A stretch of DNA of 32,262 nucleotides, from positions 1 to 32,262 of the IMG/VR virus record IMGVR_UViG_3300043443_000090. One strand, written 5' to 3'. The translations under genes and the position numbers were made by a program. Within the stretch, counting starts at the first letter, position 1; every line of letters starts with the position of its first letter. A model generated the notes under the pieces. The model ran no database searches. It saw nothing but the letters and a program-made list of their open reading frames with translations, and was not told the origin of the DNA. Positions 1-7,597 of the stretch are shown here, in pieces. Source of the stretch: a virus. Taxonomy: Duplodnaviria; Caudoviricetes.

Positions 1-98
1 TGTGGCGCATGAACCTCAAGGGCGATCCCATTGAGAACGCCGAGAAGGCTGCGTGGTATCTGACTTGGCTGCGGGGAGAGGATCCTCGTGCCGGGTAA
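1..98 (+). CDS. 3' end of a DUF3310-family protein (T7 gp1.7-like nucleotide kinase family), partial
   Basis: Frame from nt 3 reads WRMNLKGDPIENAEKAAWYLTWLRGEDPRAG*, matching the WRxxxK...E(D/N)xxKAxWYL signature. TAA at 96-98. Not in the ORF track. Confidence 0.7.
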   Translation, partial: WRMNLKGDPIENAEKAAWYLTWLRGEDPRAG

Positions 99-411
99 GC
101 GCAGGCTTACCATCGAGCAGGTGCGTTATGTGCTGGAAGTCTACGACTTGCGTAAGTCTATTCCTACATATGACGCACTCGCCAAGCAGTACGGTATCAC
201 CGAGCCGTCAATCCACAGGATCTTGAGCGACAGCTTCAATCCTGAAACGACTCGGTTGCCGCTGGCTACTGACGACATCAAGCGCATTCGTGAGCTTGGG
301 TTGCGACGCAAGAAGCTGCCCACTCTGGCGAAGATCGCAAGGCAGTGGGGCGTGAGTCCATCCACACTGTTCGATGCCGTCAATGGGCAGACCTACAAAG
401 AAGTAGTCTAG
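88..411 (+). CDS. Tandem helix-turn-helix DNA-binding protein (107 aa)
   Basis: Two internally similar HTH units (TYDALAKQYGITEPSIHRIL and TLAKIARQWGVSPSTLFDAV). Purine-rich GGAGAGG upstream of the GTG. Confidence 0.7.
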   Translation: MPGKRRLTIEQVRYVLEVYDLRKSIPTYDALAKQYGITEPSIHRILSDSFNPETTRLPLATDDIKRIRELGLRRKKLPTLAKIARQWGVSPSTLFDAVNGQTYKEVV

Positions 412-421
412 GAGTAAAGCC

Positions 422-562
422 ATGTGCGATTGGCAGATCATCATTGTCTTGGCAATCATGTCTTGGCTGGTGCTGGCAATCGCACTGGCCCTCATGGAGT
501 ACGACGAGCGCAAGAGGCAGCGCAAGTGGAAACCAAAAGGGAGGTACGATGACTGGCCGTAG
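422..562 (+). CDS. Small membrane protein (46 aa)
   Basis: AGGAG at 410-414, ATG at 422. Reads MCDWQIIIVLAIMSWLVLAIALALMEYDERKRQRKWKPKGRYDDWP*: one TM helix followed by a basic tail. Not in the ORF track. Confidence 0.6.
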   Translation: MCDWQIIIVLAIMSWLVLAIALALMEYDERKRQRKWKPKGRYDDWP

Positions 563-782
563 CGGCAGGAAGTGGACACCTGAAGAAGATAAGATGCTAC
601 TCGAACGTGCCGGTAGTCTCACCTGTGAACAGATTGGTGGGTTGCTAGGCAGGTCTGTCAACGGTGTGTTCGAGCGAGCAAAGGTACTGGGTGTCAGCAC
701 AAGACGGTGGGTGCAGAAGTCCCCGCCACAATCAAGCAACCACCCGTGGCGCAGAGCAAGACTATCGAGGAGCGAACAATGA
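549..782 (+). CDS. Myb/SANT-like HTH protein (77 aa)
   Basis: GGGAGG RBS then ATG at 549 (internal to track ORF 345..782). KWTPEEDKML...IGGLLGRSVNGV is a Myb-like pattern. Confidence 0.65.
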   Translation: MTGRSGRKWTPEEDKMLLERAGSLTCEQIGGLLGRSVNGVFERAKVLGVSTRRWVQKSPPQSSNHPWRRARLSRSEQ

Positions 783-994
783 ACCGCGACGACATCGAGC
801 ACCTATGGTTTCAGGCCATGCACGAATCCGTCGAGGCCGGCGAGCCATACATCCGGCACCGCTTCGCCGCCCTTGTCGCCGCAGCCGAACGGGAGGCGTG
901 TGCGAAGGTGGCTGATGAGTGGCAGACAGAAGTTGATGACCCGCGATATCAATGTGATTGCGCCGCAGCCATCCGCAAGCGAGGTGAGGTATGA
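779..994 (+). CDS. Hypothetical phage protein (71 aa) with EREACAK...CAAAIR motif
   Basis: GAGGAG RBS, ATGA overlap with the previous gene. The motif FAALVAAAEREACAKV...CAAAIRKRG is common in small phage proteins. Confidence 0.7.
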   Translation: MNRDDIEHLWFQAMHESVEAGEPYIRHRFAALVAAAEREACAKVADEWQTEVDDPRYQCDCAAAIRKRGEV

Positions 995-1113
995 CCCCCA
1001 GTGAAATCCAGCACTTCGTCAAGCACCCGTTCGTGAACTACATCATCGGCTTTTTGGTGGCGTCACTGACGATCATGATCTTCAACTACATTCTCAAGAG
1101 TGACGATGAGTGA
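991..1113 (+). CDS. Small membrane protein (40 aa)
   Basis: GAGGTGAGG RBS, ATGA overlap. Reads MTPSEIQHFVKHPFVNYIIGFLVASLTIMIFNYILKSDDE*, one TM segment. Not in the ORF track. Confidence 0.55.
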   Translation: MTPSEIQHFVKHPFVNYIIGFLVASLTIMIFNYILKSDDE

Positions 1114-1277
1114 AGAAGTATCCCAAGGTACGTTGGACACAAGCCGACAAGGACTTTGCGTTCAAGAACTATGGGCCTATGACTGGCAAGCAGATCGCTG
1201 ACAAGCTGGGCAGAACGCTCGTAGCTGTGCAGCAACTGATAAAGAACGGCAACCGTCAAGGGAGAGATAACACATGA
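1110..1277 (+). CDS. Second Myb/SANT-like HTH protein (55 aa)
   Basis: GTGA and ATGA overlaps at the two ends. Reads MKKYPKVRWTQADKDFAFKNYGPMTGKQIADKLGRTLVAVQQLIKNGNRQGRDNT*, resembling 549..782 (WT..D...IAxxLGRT/S). Not in the ORF track. Confidence 0.65.
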   Translation: MKKYPKVRWTQADKDFAFKNYGPMTGKQIADKLGRTLVAVQQLIKNGNRQGRDNT

Positions 1278-1477
1278 AGCCTTGCCCATTCTGCGGAGAT
1301 GTAAACGTGTCGCCTGTGAGGGTATCAATGGATGCAGAGGAGGGGCTGTACCATATGCAGTGCGGATTCTGTAGTAGCCGTGGGCCGTGGGCTAGGACAG
1401 AGCAGGACTCTATTCGTATGTGGAACAACCGCAGGTCGGTTGAGTGTCAACATTCCAAGTGGCTGGACGTAAGGTAA
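1274..1477 (+). CDS. Lar-family restriction alleviation protein (Zn ribbon)
   Basis: KPCPFCG...CGFC..RGP...WNNR is the typical Lar-family pattern. Confidence 0.7.
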   Translation: MKPCPFCGDVNVSPVRVSMDAEEGLYHMQCGFCSSRGPWARTEQDSIRMWNNRRSVECQHSKWLDVR

Positions 1478-3327
1478 TGGACATCGTAACGATTGACTTC
1501 GAGACGTACTACGACAGGGACTTCTCCCTGTCCAAGATGACTACGGAAAGCTACATCCGTGACCCTCGCTTCGAGGTGATCGGCGTGGGCGTCAAGGTCA
1601 ACGATGGCCCTACCGACTGGTACTCCGGCGATAGTCCGGGCAAGTTCCTCAGGTCACTGGACTACAGCAAGCGTGCCATCCTGTGTCACAACACAATGTT
1701 CGATGGTGCCATCCTTTCGTGGCACTTCGGCATCAAGCCTAGGCTGTGGCTGGACACGATGTGCATGGCGAAACCTTTCCATGCGGTGAAGGTGGGCGGT
1801 AGCCTTGCCTCACTGACTTCCTTCTATGAGCTTGGCAAGAAGGGCGACGAGGTGGTCAATGCACTGGGCAAGCGCCGTGCTGACTTCACGCAAGAGGATC
1901 TAGCCCGGTACGCAAGCTACTGCTGCAACGATGTCGAGCTGACCTACGCCCTGTTCAACAAGCTGCGTAAGCGTGTGCCTGTCAACGAGCTGATGGTCAT
2001 CGACCAGACGCTACGCATGTACATCGAGCCAGTCATCGAGCTGGACGTACCACTGTTGGAGCAGCACCTCGTCGATGTGAAGCAGCGCAAGGCAGACTTG
2101 CTTGCCAGCGTGGACCTGCCCATCGAGGACATCATGTCCAACAACAAGTTTGTCAAAGCGCTTGAGTCGCTGGGTGTACCTGCCCCGACCAAGATCAGCC
2201 CGACAACTGGCAACGTAACGTGGGCACTGTCCAAGACTGACAAGGGCATGACCGATCTGCTTGAGTACCCGGACGACAGGGTGCAGGCACTGGTAGCCAC
2301 CCGCCTTGGGGTCAAGTCCACCATCGAGGAGACACGGACGCAGGGACTTATCGGTGTTGCCAGCCGAGGCAAGCTGCCGATCATGCTCAACTACTTCGGC
2401 GCACACACTGGCAGGTTCAGTGGTGGTGACAAGCTGAACTTGCAGAACCTTCCTGCTCGTGGCAACAACACCATCCGCCGTGCGCTCAAGCCGCCAGCCG
2501 GGCACAAGATCATTGCCTGTGACTCCAGCCAGATCGAGGCCCGTGTAGTTGCGTGGATGGCAGGACAAACTGACCTACTCGCAGCGTTCACCTACGGTAG
2601 AGATGTTTACTCAGAGTTCGCATCCGAGGTGTACGGTCGCACCATCACCAAGGCTGACAAGGTGGAGCGGTTCGTAGGTAAGACCTGCATCCTTGGCCTA
2701 GGCTACGGCATGGGAGCGGAGAAGTTCCGGCGTACCCTTGAGCTTGGCATGGGCGGCGTGTCCGTGAAGATCGACATGCCCGAAGCACAGCGCATCGTCA
2801 GCCTGTACCGTAGCAAGAACCACAGGATCGCAGCGCTGTGGAACGCAGCCGGCTCCGCACTGACTGGCATGATGAACGGTGGTTCTGGCAGGGTAGGCCC
2901 ACTGGACTACACCCCGGACGGCATCGTGCTACCCAACGGGTACACCATCAGCTACCCCCTGCTGCGCTCAACTGGCAACGGGTTTGAGTACATCGCAGAC
3001 TCCCGAGAGTTCCGCAAGGCAGTGAAGGATCGGGTGACTGGGGAGAGCAGCGCCGTGTGGACCAAGATCTACGGCGGCAAGGTAGTGGAGAACATGGTGC
3101 AGGCACTGGCCGCACTGGCAATCCGTGAGCAGATGGTAGCACTGCGTACTCGTGGGTACAAAGTAGCGTTCCAAGTACATGACGAGATCGTCGTGGTTGT
3201 ACCGGATACACAAGCCAAGGTAGCCGAGGCGGACATCATCGCCGTCATGTCTACGCCACCTGTCTGGGCACCCCAGCTACCTGTCTCCTGTGAGGCTGGC
3301 ACTGCTGACAACTACGGCGATACCTGA
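1477..3327 (+). CDS. Family A DNA polymerase with 3'-5' exonuclease domain (616 aa)
   Basis: ExoI DFET, ExoII HNTMFD, HTGRFSG/NLQNLP, motif A DSSQIEAR, motif B RFVGKTCILGLGYG, motif C QVHDE. Start most likely ATG 1477 (TAATG overlap). Confidence 0.95.
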   Translation: MDIVTIDFETYYDRDFSLSKMTTESYIRDPRFEVIGVGVKVNDGPTDWYSGDSPGKFLRSLDYSKRAILCHNTMFDGAILSWHFGIKPRLWLDTMCMAKPFHAVKVGGSLASLTSFYELGKKGDEVVNALGKRRADFTQEDLARYASYCCNDVELTYALFNKLRKRVPVNELMVIDQTLRMYIEPVIELDVPLLEQHLVDVKQRKADLLASVDLPIEDIMSNNKFVKALESLGVPAPTKISPTTGNVTWALSKTDKGMTDLLEYPDDRVQALVATRLGVKSTIEETRTQGLIGVASRGKLPIMLNYFGAHTGRFSGGDKLNLQNLPARGNNTIRRALKPPAGHKIIACDSSQIEARVVAWMAGQTDLLAAFTYGRDVYSEFASEVYGRTITKADKVERFVGKTCILGLGYGMGAEKFRRTLELGMGGVSVKIDMPEAQRIVSLYRSKNHRIAALWNAAGSALTGMMNGGSGRVGPLDYTPDGIVLPNGYTISYPLLRSTGNGFEYIADSREFRKAVKDRVTGESSAVWTKIYGGKVVENMVQALAALAIREQMVALRTRGYKVAFQVHDEIVVVVPDTQAKVAEADIIAVMSTPPVWAPQLPVSCEAGTADNYGDT

Positions 3328-3353
3328 TACGCTCTAGCTTCCAGTGACTACCG

Positions 3354-3372
3354 CCCCCGTTAACACCGGGGG
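3354..3372 (+). promoter_or_regulatory. Hairpin overlapping the putative RBS of the nuclease gene
   Basis: CCCCCG (3354-3359), loop TTAACAC, CGGGGG (3367-3372). The 3' arm lies 7 nt before ATG 3380. Confidence 0.35.
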
Positions 3373-3379
3373 AAATACC

Positions 3380-4036
3380 ATGCGACTTTCCCATTCGTAT
3401 TCGTCCATCAAGCAGTTCGAGAACTGCCCGTATCGCTACTTCCGGCAGCGCATCGTCAAGGATGTGAAGGACGAAGGCGGTGAGGCCAGCCGCTACGGCG
3501 AGCGGATACATTCCTTTTTGGAAGCCAGGCTCAAGGGGTCAGACTTACCACAAGAGATTGCTGCGTATGAACCCTTGTGCAGATCCATCGAAGCCATCGC
3601 TGCCAACGGTGAGCTGCACATAGAGAAGGAGCTGGTGCTGACGGAGGAACTCAAGCCGACAGGCTGGTGGGATGCAGATGCATGGCTGCGTAGCAAGCTG
3701 GATATCTTGGTGATCACTGGCACTGACGCTGTGGTCATGGACTGGAAAACCGGCAAGCGCAACCCTGACTTCTTCCAGATGCAGTTGTTCGCAGCCCAGA
3801 CCTTCAAGCACTTCCCGGATGTGCAGCATGTAAAGACATCGCTGGTCTGGCTGAAGGACATGAAGATGGACACCGAGGTATACAACCGCACGAACATGGC
3901 TGCGATATGGCAAGACGTCATGTCCCGCATCCGGCGTATCCATGATGCGCTTGAGTCGGATAACTGGCCTTGCCGCCCCAGTGGATTGTGCAGGTTCTGC
4001 CCGGTGCGCCATGACTGTGAACAGGCGAAGCTGTGA
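3380..4036 (+). CDS. PD-(D/E)XK (RecB/Cas4-like) exonuclease with probable Fe-S cluster
   Basis: SYSSI..F..CP at the N-terminus, G..IH, E, KLD, DWKTG, Q..L, and C-terminal CRFCPVRHDC. Probable ATG at 3380. Confidence 0.88.
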   Translation: MRLSHSYSSIKQFENCPYRYFRQRIVKDVKDEGGEASRYGERIHSFLEARLKGSDLPQEIAAYEPLCRSIEAIAANGELHIEKELVLTEELKPTGWWDADAWLRSKLDILVITGTDAVVMDWKTGKRNPDFFQMQLFAAQTFKHFPDVQHVKTSLVWLKDMKMDTEVYNRTNMAAIWQDVMSRIRRIHDALESDNWPCRPSGLCRFCPVRHDCEQAKL

Positions 4037-4368
4037 TGGCACAGACACCAGAGGGCAAGGTCAAGGACAAGGTTCGCAAGCTGCTCAAGGAGTACCACGC
4101 TTGGTACTTCCTGCCGGGCAACAACGGGTTCGGCAAGTCAGGTGTACCTGACTTCGTTGTCTGCGTTGGCGGACGCTTCATTGGTATCGAGTGCAAGGCG
4201 GACGCAACCAAGAGGCCGACTGAACTGCAACTCAAGGCGGCGCGTGAGATACAGCTTGCCGGTGGAGACTGGCTGCTGGTGTGCGACGACGCCACACTCA
4301 AGACTCTCGAACAAACATTAGATCACTACGGCTGGAAGGAGAAACATGTTAATCGTGGAGAAAGCTAG
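4036..4368 (+). CDS. VRR-NUC domain nuclease (putative resolvase)
   Basis: TPEGKVK...SGVPDFVVC..GRFIGIECKA...PTELQ...I..AGG pattern. Confidence 0.88.
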   Translation: MAQTPEGKVKDKVRKLLKEYHAWYFLPGNNGFGKSGVPDFVVCVGGRFIGIECKADATKRPTELQLKAAREIQLAGGDWLLVCDDATLKTLEQTLDHYGWKEKHVNRGES

Positions 4369-5911
4369 AGCGCTTGCGCTCAAGCTGAACAATCCAGAGC
4401 GGGTGCTGCAATGCATCCCGACAGCCAAGACGTATGAAGTGCAGGGCGTACCCATCGTGGTCACGCCGCACAAGCTGGACGAGGTAAGGATCCTCAACAA
4501 CTTGGGGATCAAAGCCCCGAGTCCCATCCTCCACTACTACGACTGGCCGGGCAGGTTCACCCCGTACGAACACCAGAAAGATACCGCTGCGTTCTTGACG
4601 GTGAACACTCGAGCTTTGGTGCTCAACGATATCGGCACTGGAAAGACCCAATCCTCGCTGTGGGCAGCGGACTATCTCATCAAGACCGGTCATGTCCGCA
4701 AGGTACTGATCCTCTCCCCGCTGTCCACACTTGAGCGGGTGTGGGGTGATGGCATCTTCACCGGCCTGATCCATCGCAAGTTCGTTGTGCTGCATGGCAC
4801 AGCAGAGCGCAGGCTCAAGCTGCTCAAGACCGAGGCGGACTTCTACATCATCAACCACGATGGGTTCAACATCATCTCGCAGCACTGCCATGGGATGTTC
4901 GACCTTGTGATCGTGGACGAGGCCGCCGTTCTGCGTAACCCATCCACCAACAGGTTTAAGGCGTTCCGCAAATGGATCGACCACAACCCGACGGTGCGAC
5001 TGTGGCTGATGACTGGAACCCCAACGCCCAACTCACCTACTGATGCGTGGTCACTTGCCAAGCTGGTCAACAGCCCGTACTGCACCAAGACCTACACCGC
5101 ATTTCGTGAGCAGGTGATGATGAAGATCGGTCAGTGGAAGTTTGTTCCACGGGCTGAGTCGACTGAGATCGTCAAACATATTCTGCAACCTGCTGTGCGG
5201 TACACCCGAGACGAGTGCTTCGATCTGCCCGACACAATCATCCAGACCCGGCAGGTCGAACTGACTCCCATGCAGAAGAAGTACTACACGCAGATGCTCA
5301 AGACCTTCACCACTGACATCATTGCCAGTCGCAATGGCGGGACGCAACTGACCGCAGTCAACGAGGCAGTGAAGATCCAGAAGCTGGTGCAGATCGCCTG
5401 TGGCGTGGCGTACGACGAGAATGGAAACGATGTGGAGATCGACTGCTCACCCCGGATCAACTTGGTCAAGGAGATCATCGAGGAAGCGGGAGAGAAGGTG
5501 ATCCTGTTCGTACCCTTGACGGGTACACTTCACATGCTGGAGAGGGAACTGTCCAAGGACTGGACTGTCGCCGTGGTCAACGGCGAGGTGTCTGCCAACA
5601 AGCGCAACCAGATCTTCCACGACTTCCAGCATCAGAAAGAACCGCACGTCCTGATCGCCCACCCCGGCACAATGTCCCATGGTCTGACCTTGACAAGCGC
5701 GTCAACTATTGTATGGTATGGACCTATCAACGCAAACGAGCAGTACGTCCAAGCCAACGGTCGTATTGAGCGCATCGGTAAGCGGCATGTATCCAACCTT
5801 ATACATATCGAGAGTACCGATCTTGAGAAGAAGATGTACGAGAGGCTGAGAAACAAGCAGCGACTGCAAGGTCTGCTGCTCGACTTGATCGAAGAACAAA
5901 CAAAGAGGTAG
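4346..5911 (+). CDS. SNF2-like superfamily 2 helicase
   Basis: Q-motif PYEHQ, Walker A DIGTGKT, VIVDEA, MTGTP, HGLTLT, QANGRIERIG. Confidence 0.92.
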   Translation: MLIVEKARALALKLNNPERVLQCIPTAKTYEVQGVPIVVTPHKLDEVRILNNLGIKAPSPILHYYDWPGRFTPYEHQKDTAAFLTVNTRALVLNDIGTGKTQSSLWAADYLIKTGHVRKVLILSPLSTLERVWGDGIFTGLIHRKFVVLHGTAERRLKLLKTEADFYIINHDGFNIISQHCHGMFDLVIVDEAAVLRNPSTNRFKAFRKWIDHNPTVRLWLMTGTPTPNSPTDAWSLAKLVNSPYCTKTYTAFREQVMMKIGQWKFVPRAESTEIVKHILQPAVRYTRDECFDLPDTIIQTRQVELTPMQKKYYTQMLKTFTTDIIASRNGGTQLTAVNEAVKIQKLVQIACGVAYDENGNDVEIDCSPRINLVKEIIEEAGEKVILFVPLTGTLHMLERELSKDWTVAVVNGEVSANKRNQIFHDFQHQKEPHVLIAHPGTMSHGLTLTSASTIVWYGPINANEQYVQANGRIERIGKRHVSNLIHIESTDLEKKMYERLRNKQRLQGLLLDLIEEQTKR

Positions 5912-5915
5912 GAGT

Positions 5916-6311
5916 ATGAACGTCGACGACGTGATCGCAGCCTACATGAAGCTGCGAGAACAGAAGAAGCAACTGGAGGCGCAGGTCAAAGACCAAGTGT
6001 CTGCGATCAACGCCAAGCTCGACAAGCTGGAAGCGTGGGTGAAGGAGCAAGCCGACACCCAAGGCGTGACCAGCTTCAAGACCAAGCATGGCACTGCGTT
6101 CCTGACCACCACGGACTATGCCAACGTGGCTGACTGGGACGCTGTACTGGGTTTTGTTCGGGAGAACGAAGCCTACGACATGCTGGAGAAACGCATCAGC
6201 AAGACTGCTGTGCGTAGTTACATTGACCAACACAAGGCCGTTCCACCCGGTGTCAACTATGGCACCAAGCTCGAAGTCAACATCCGTAAACCCACTGGTA
6301 CTCAGGAGTAA
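5916..6311 (+). CDS. Conserved hypothetical replication-region protein (coiled-coil N-terminus)
   Basis: AGGAG RBS. N-terminal coiled coil followed by KT..GT...ANVADWD...LEKRISK...PPGV. Confidence 0.75.
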   Translation: MNVDDVIAAYMKLREQKKQLEAQVKDQVSAINAKLDKLEAWVKEQADTQGVTSFKTKHGTAFLTTTDYANVADWDAVLGFVRENEAYDMLEKRISKTAVRSYIDQHKAVPPGVNYGTKLEVNIRKPTGTQE

Positions 6312-6313
6312 TC

Positions 6314-7273
6314 GTGTCCACTAACCTCATTCCCGCCAACATCTCCGTCCCCGCCCACCTCGCCAGCCGCGTTGGTGTGCCATCTGCACTGGCTCAGTCC
6401 CTGACTGGTGGCCTGCCGCAAGGTGGCAGTGGGTTCCCCCGCATCAGCATCAAGGCCAGCCGCTTCCGCATCGTGGAAGGCGACACCGAGACTGTGCTGG
6501 ATTCCACCAAGCTGAACGTCATCATCGTCGGTGCCAACCCCCGTCTGTCCAAGACTTGGTACGCCAAGCAGTGGACGAAGGACGCCGAGCCGACTGCGCC
6601 TGACTGCTTCTCGCTGGATGGTATCGGCCCCGACCCGGAGTCCACCTCCCCGCAGAACGATCTGTGTGCCTCCTGCCCGCAGAATGCTTGGGGTTCCAAG
6701 ATCACCCCGCAGGGCCAGCAGATCAAGGCTTGCGCTGACCAGAAGCGCCTTGCCGTTGTGGCAGCGGACGATCCGTCCGGCCCGGTCTATCTGTTGCAGG
6801 TCACCCCGGCTGCGCTGAAGGGACTGAACCAGTACCAGAAGGAACTGTCCGTCCGTGGCATCCCCCCGGAAGTTGTCCAGACGCAGGTGTCGTTCGACAC
6901 TGACGCATCGTTCCCGAAGCTGCACTTTAGCTTTGGCGGCTTCATCGACGCCGACACACAGCAAGTTGTTGACAAGCTGTTCGGTTCCGCTGGGGTGAAG
7001 GAGATCACCGGCGAAGCGTCCAAGCCTGTCCCTGTCCCGCAGCTTGCCGCCCCTGCCCCTGCTCCCCGTCCGGCCCCTGTCAAGGCGGTGGAGGAGGAAC
7101 CTGCTCCTGCCAAGCGTGGCTTTGGTGCCAAGCCTGCCCCGGCTGCCGCTCCGGCCCCGGCTCCTGCCCCTGCCCCGAAGGCGGCGAAGCCTGCTCCTGC
7201 CCCTGCCGCAGCCCTCTCGTTGGCCGATGAGATCGCTGCCTTGGTCGGCGAGGTGAACGCCGATGATGCCTAA
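6314..7273 (+). CDS. Putative single-stranded DNA-binding/annealing protein with Cys cluster and Pro/Ala-rich tail
   Basis: AGGAG RBS. RISIK..RF; CFS.DG..P...CASCPQN.WGS...KAC; long PA-rich linker and acidic C-terminus. Located in the replication module. Function is inferred. Confidence 0.6.
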   Translation: MSTNLIPANISVPAHLASRVGVPSALAQSLTGGLPQGGSGFPRISIKASRFRIVEGDTETVLDSTKLNVIIVGANPRLSKTWYAKQWTKDAEPTAPDCFSLDGIGPDPESTSPQNDLCASCPQNAWGSKITPQGQQIKACADQKRLAVVAADDPSGPVYLLQVTPAALKGLNQYQKELSVRGIPPEVVQTQVSFDTDASFPKLHFSFGGFIDADTQQVVDKLFGSAGVKEITGEASKPVPVPQLAAPAPAPRPAPVKAVEEEPAPAKRGFGAKPAPAAAPAPAPAPAPKAAKPAPAPAAALSLADEIAALVGEVNADDA

Positions 7274-7556
7274 ACAACCTTTGGATTTCTCCAAGGTTGA
7301 GGCGCTGCGCCGGCACATGCTCCTGACCACTCAGGACATGTCCGAGGTGCTTGGCGTGAGCCGCATGACGTATTATGGTTGGGTCAAGAAGGGCACGACC
7401 ACCCTTCGCAAATCCAACGATGAGGCAGTGCGGCTGACGCTGAAGAAACTTCTGTCCATCATGTCAGTTCACCACTGGCCGATGCCCGAGGTCATCGCCT
7501 CGGGACAGAAGGAGCGCAAGGCGCGGCTCCTCGAGTTGCTGAAAGAAGTTAGCTAA
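7263..7556 (+). CDS. Cro/CI-type HTH transcriptional regulator
   Basis: LRRHMLLTTQDMSEVLGVSRMTYYGW is an XRE-type HTH. Start at 7263 or 7266. Confidence 0.8.
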   Translation: MMPKQPLDFSKVEALRRHMLLTTQDMSEVLGVSRMTYYGWVKKGTTTLRKSNDEAVRLTLKKLLSIMSVHHWPMPEVIASGQKERKARLLELLKEVS

Positions 7557-7562
7557 CTGGAT

Positions 7563-7583
7563 GGGGGGAGCAATCCCCCCTTT
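7563..7583 (+). terminator. GC hairpin with GNRA loop, possible weak intrinsic terminator or attenuator upstream of the primase
   Basis: GGGGGGA-GCAA-TCCCCCC followed by only TTT, in the 41-nt intergenic gap. Confidence 0.45.
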
Positions 7584-7597
7584 CCATCAGGGGCACA

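Noticed and set aside
3380-4036. Cas4-like gene as evidence of CRISPR-Cas
   Set aside because: No other cas genes or array. Solo Cas4-like nucleases are routine in phage replication modules.
7030-7215. GC-rich short repeats (cctgcccc...)
   Set aside because: Explained by Pro/Ala low-complexity coding sequence.
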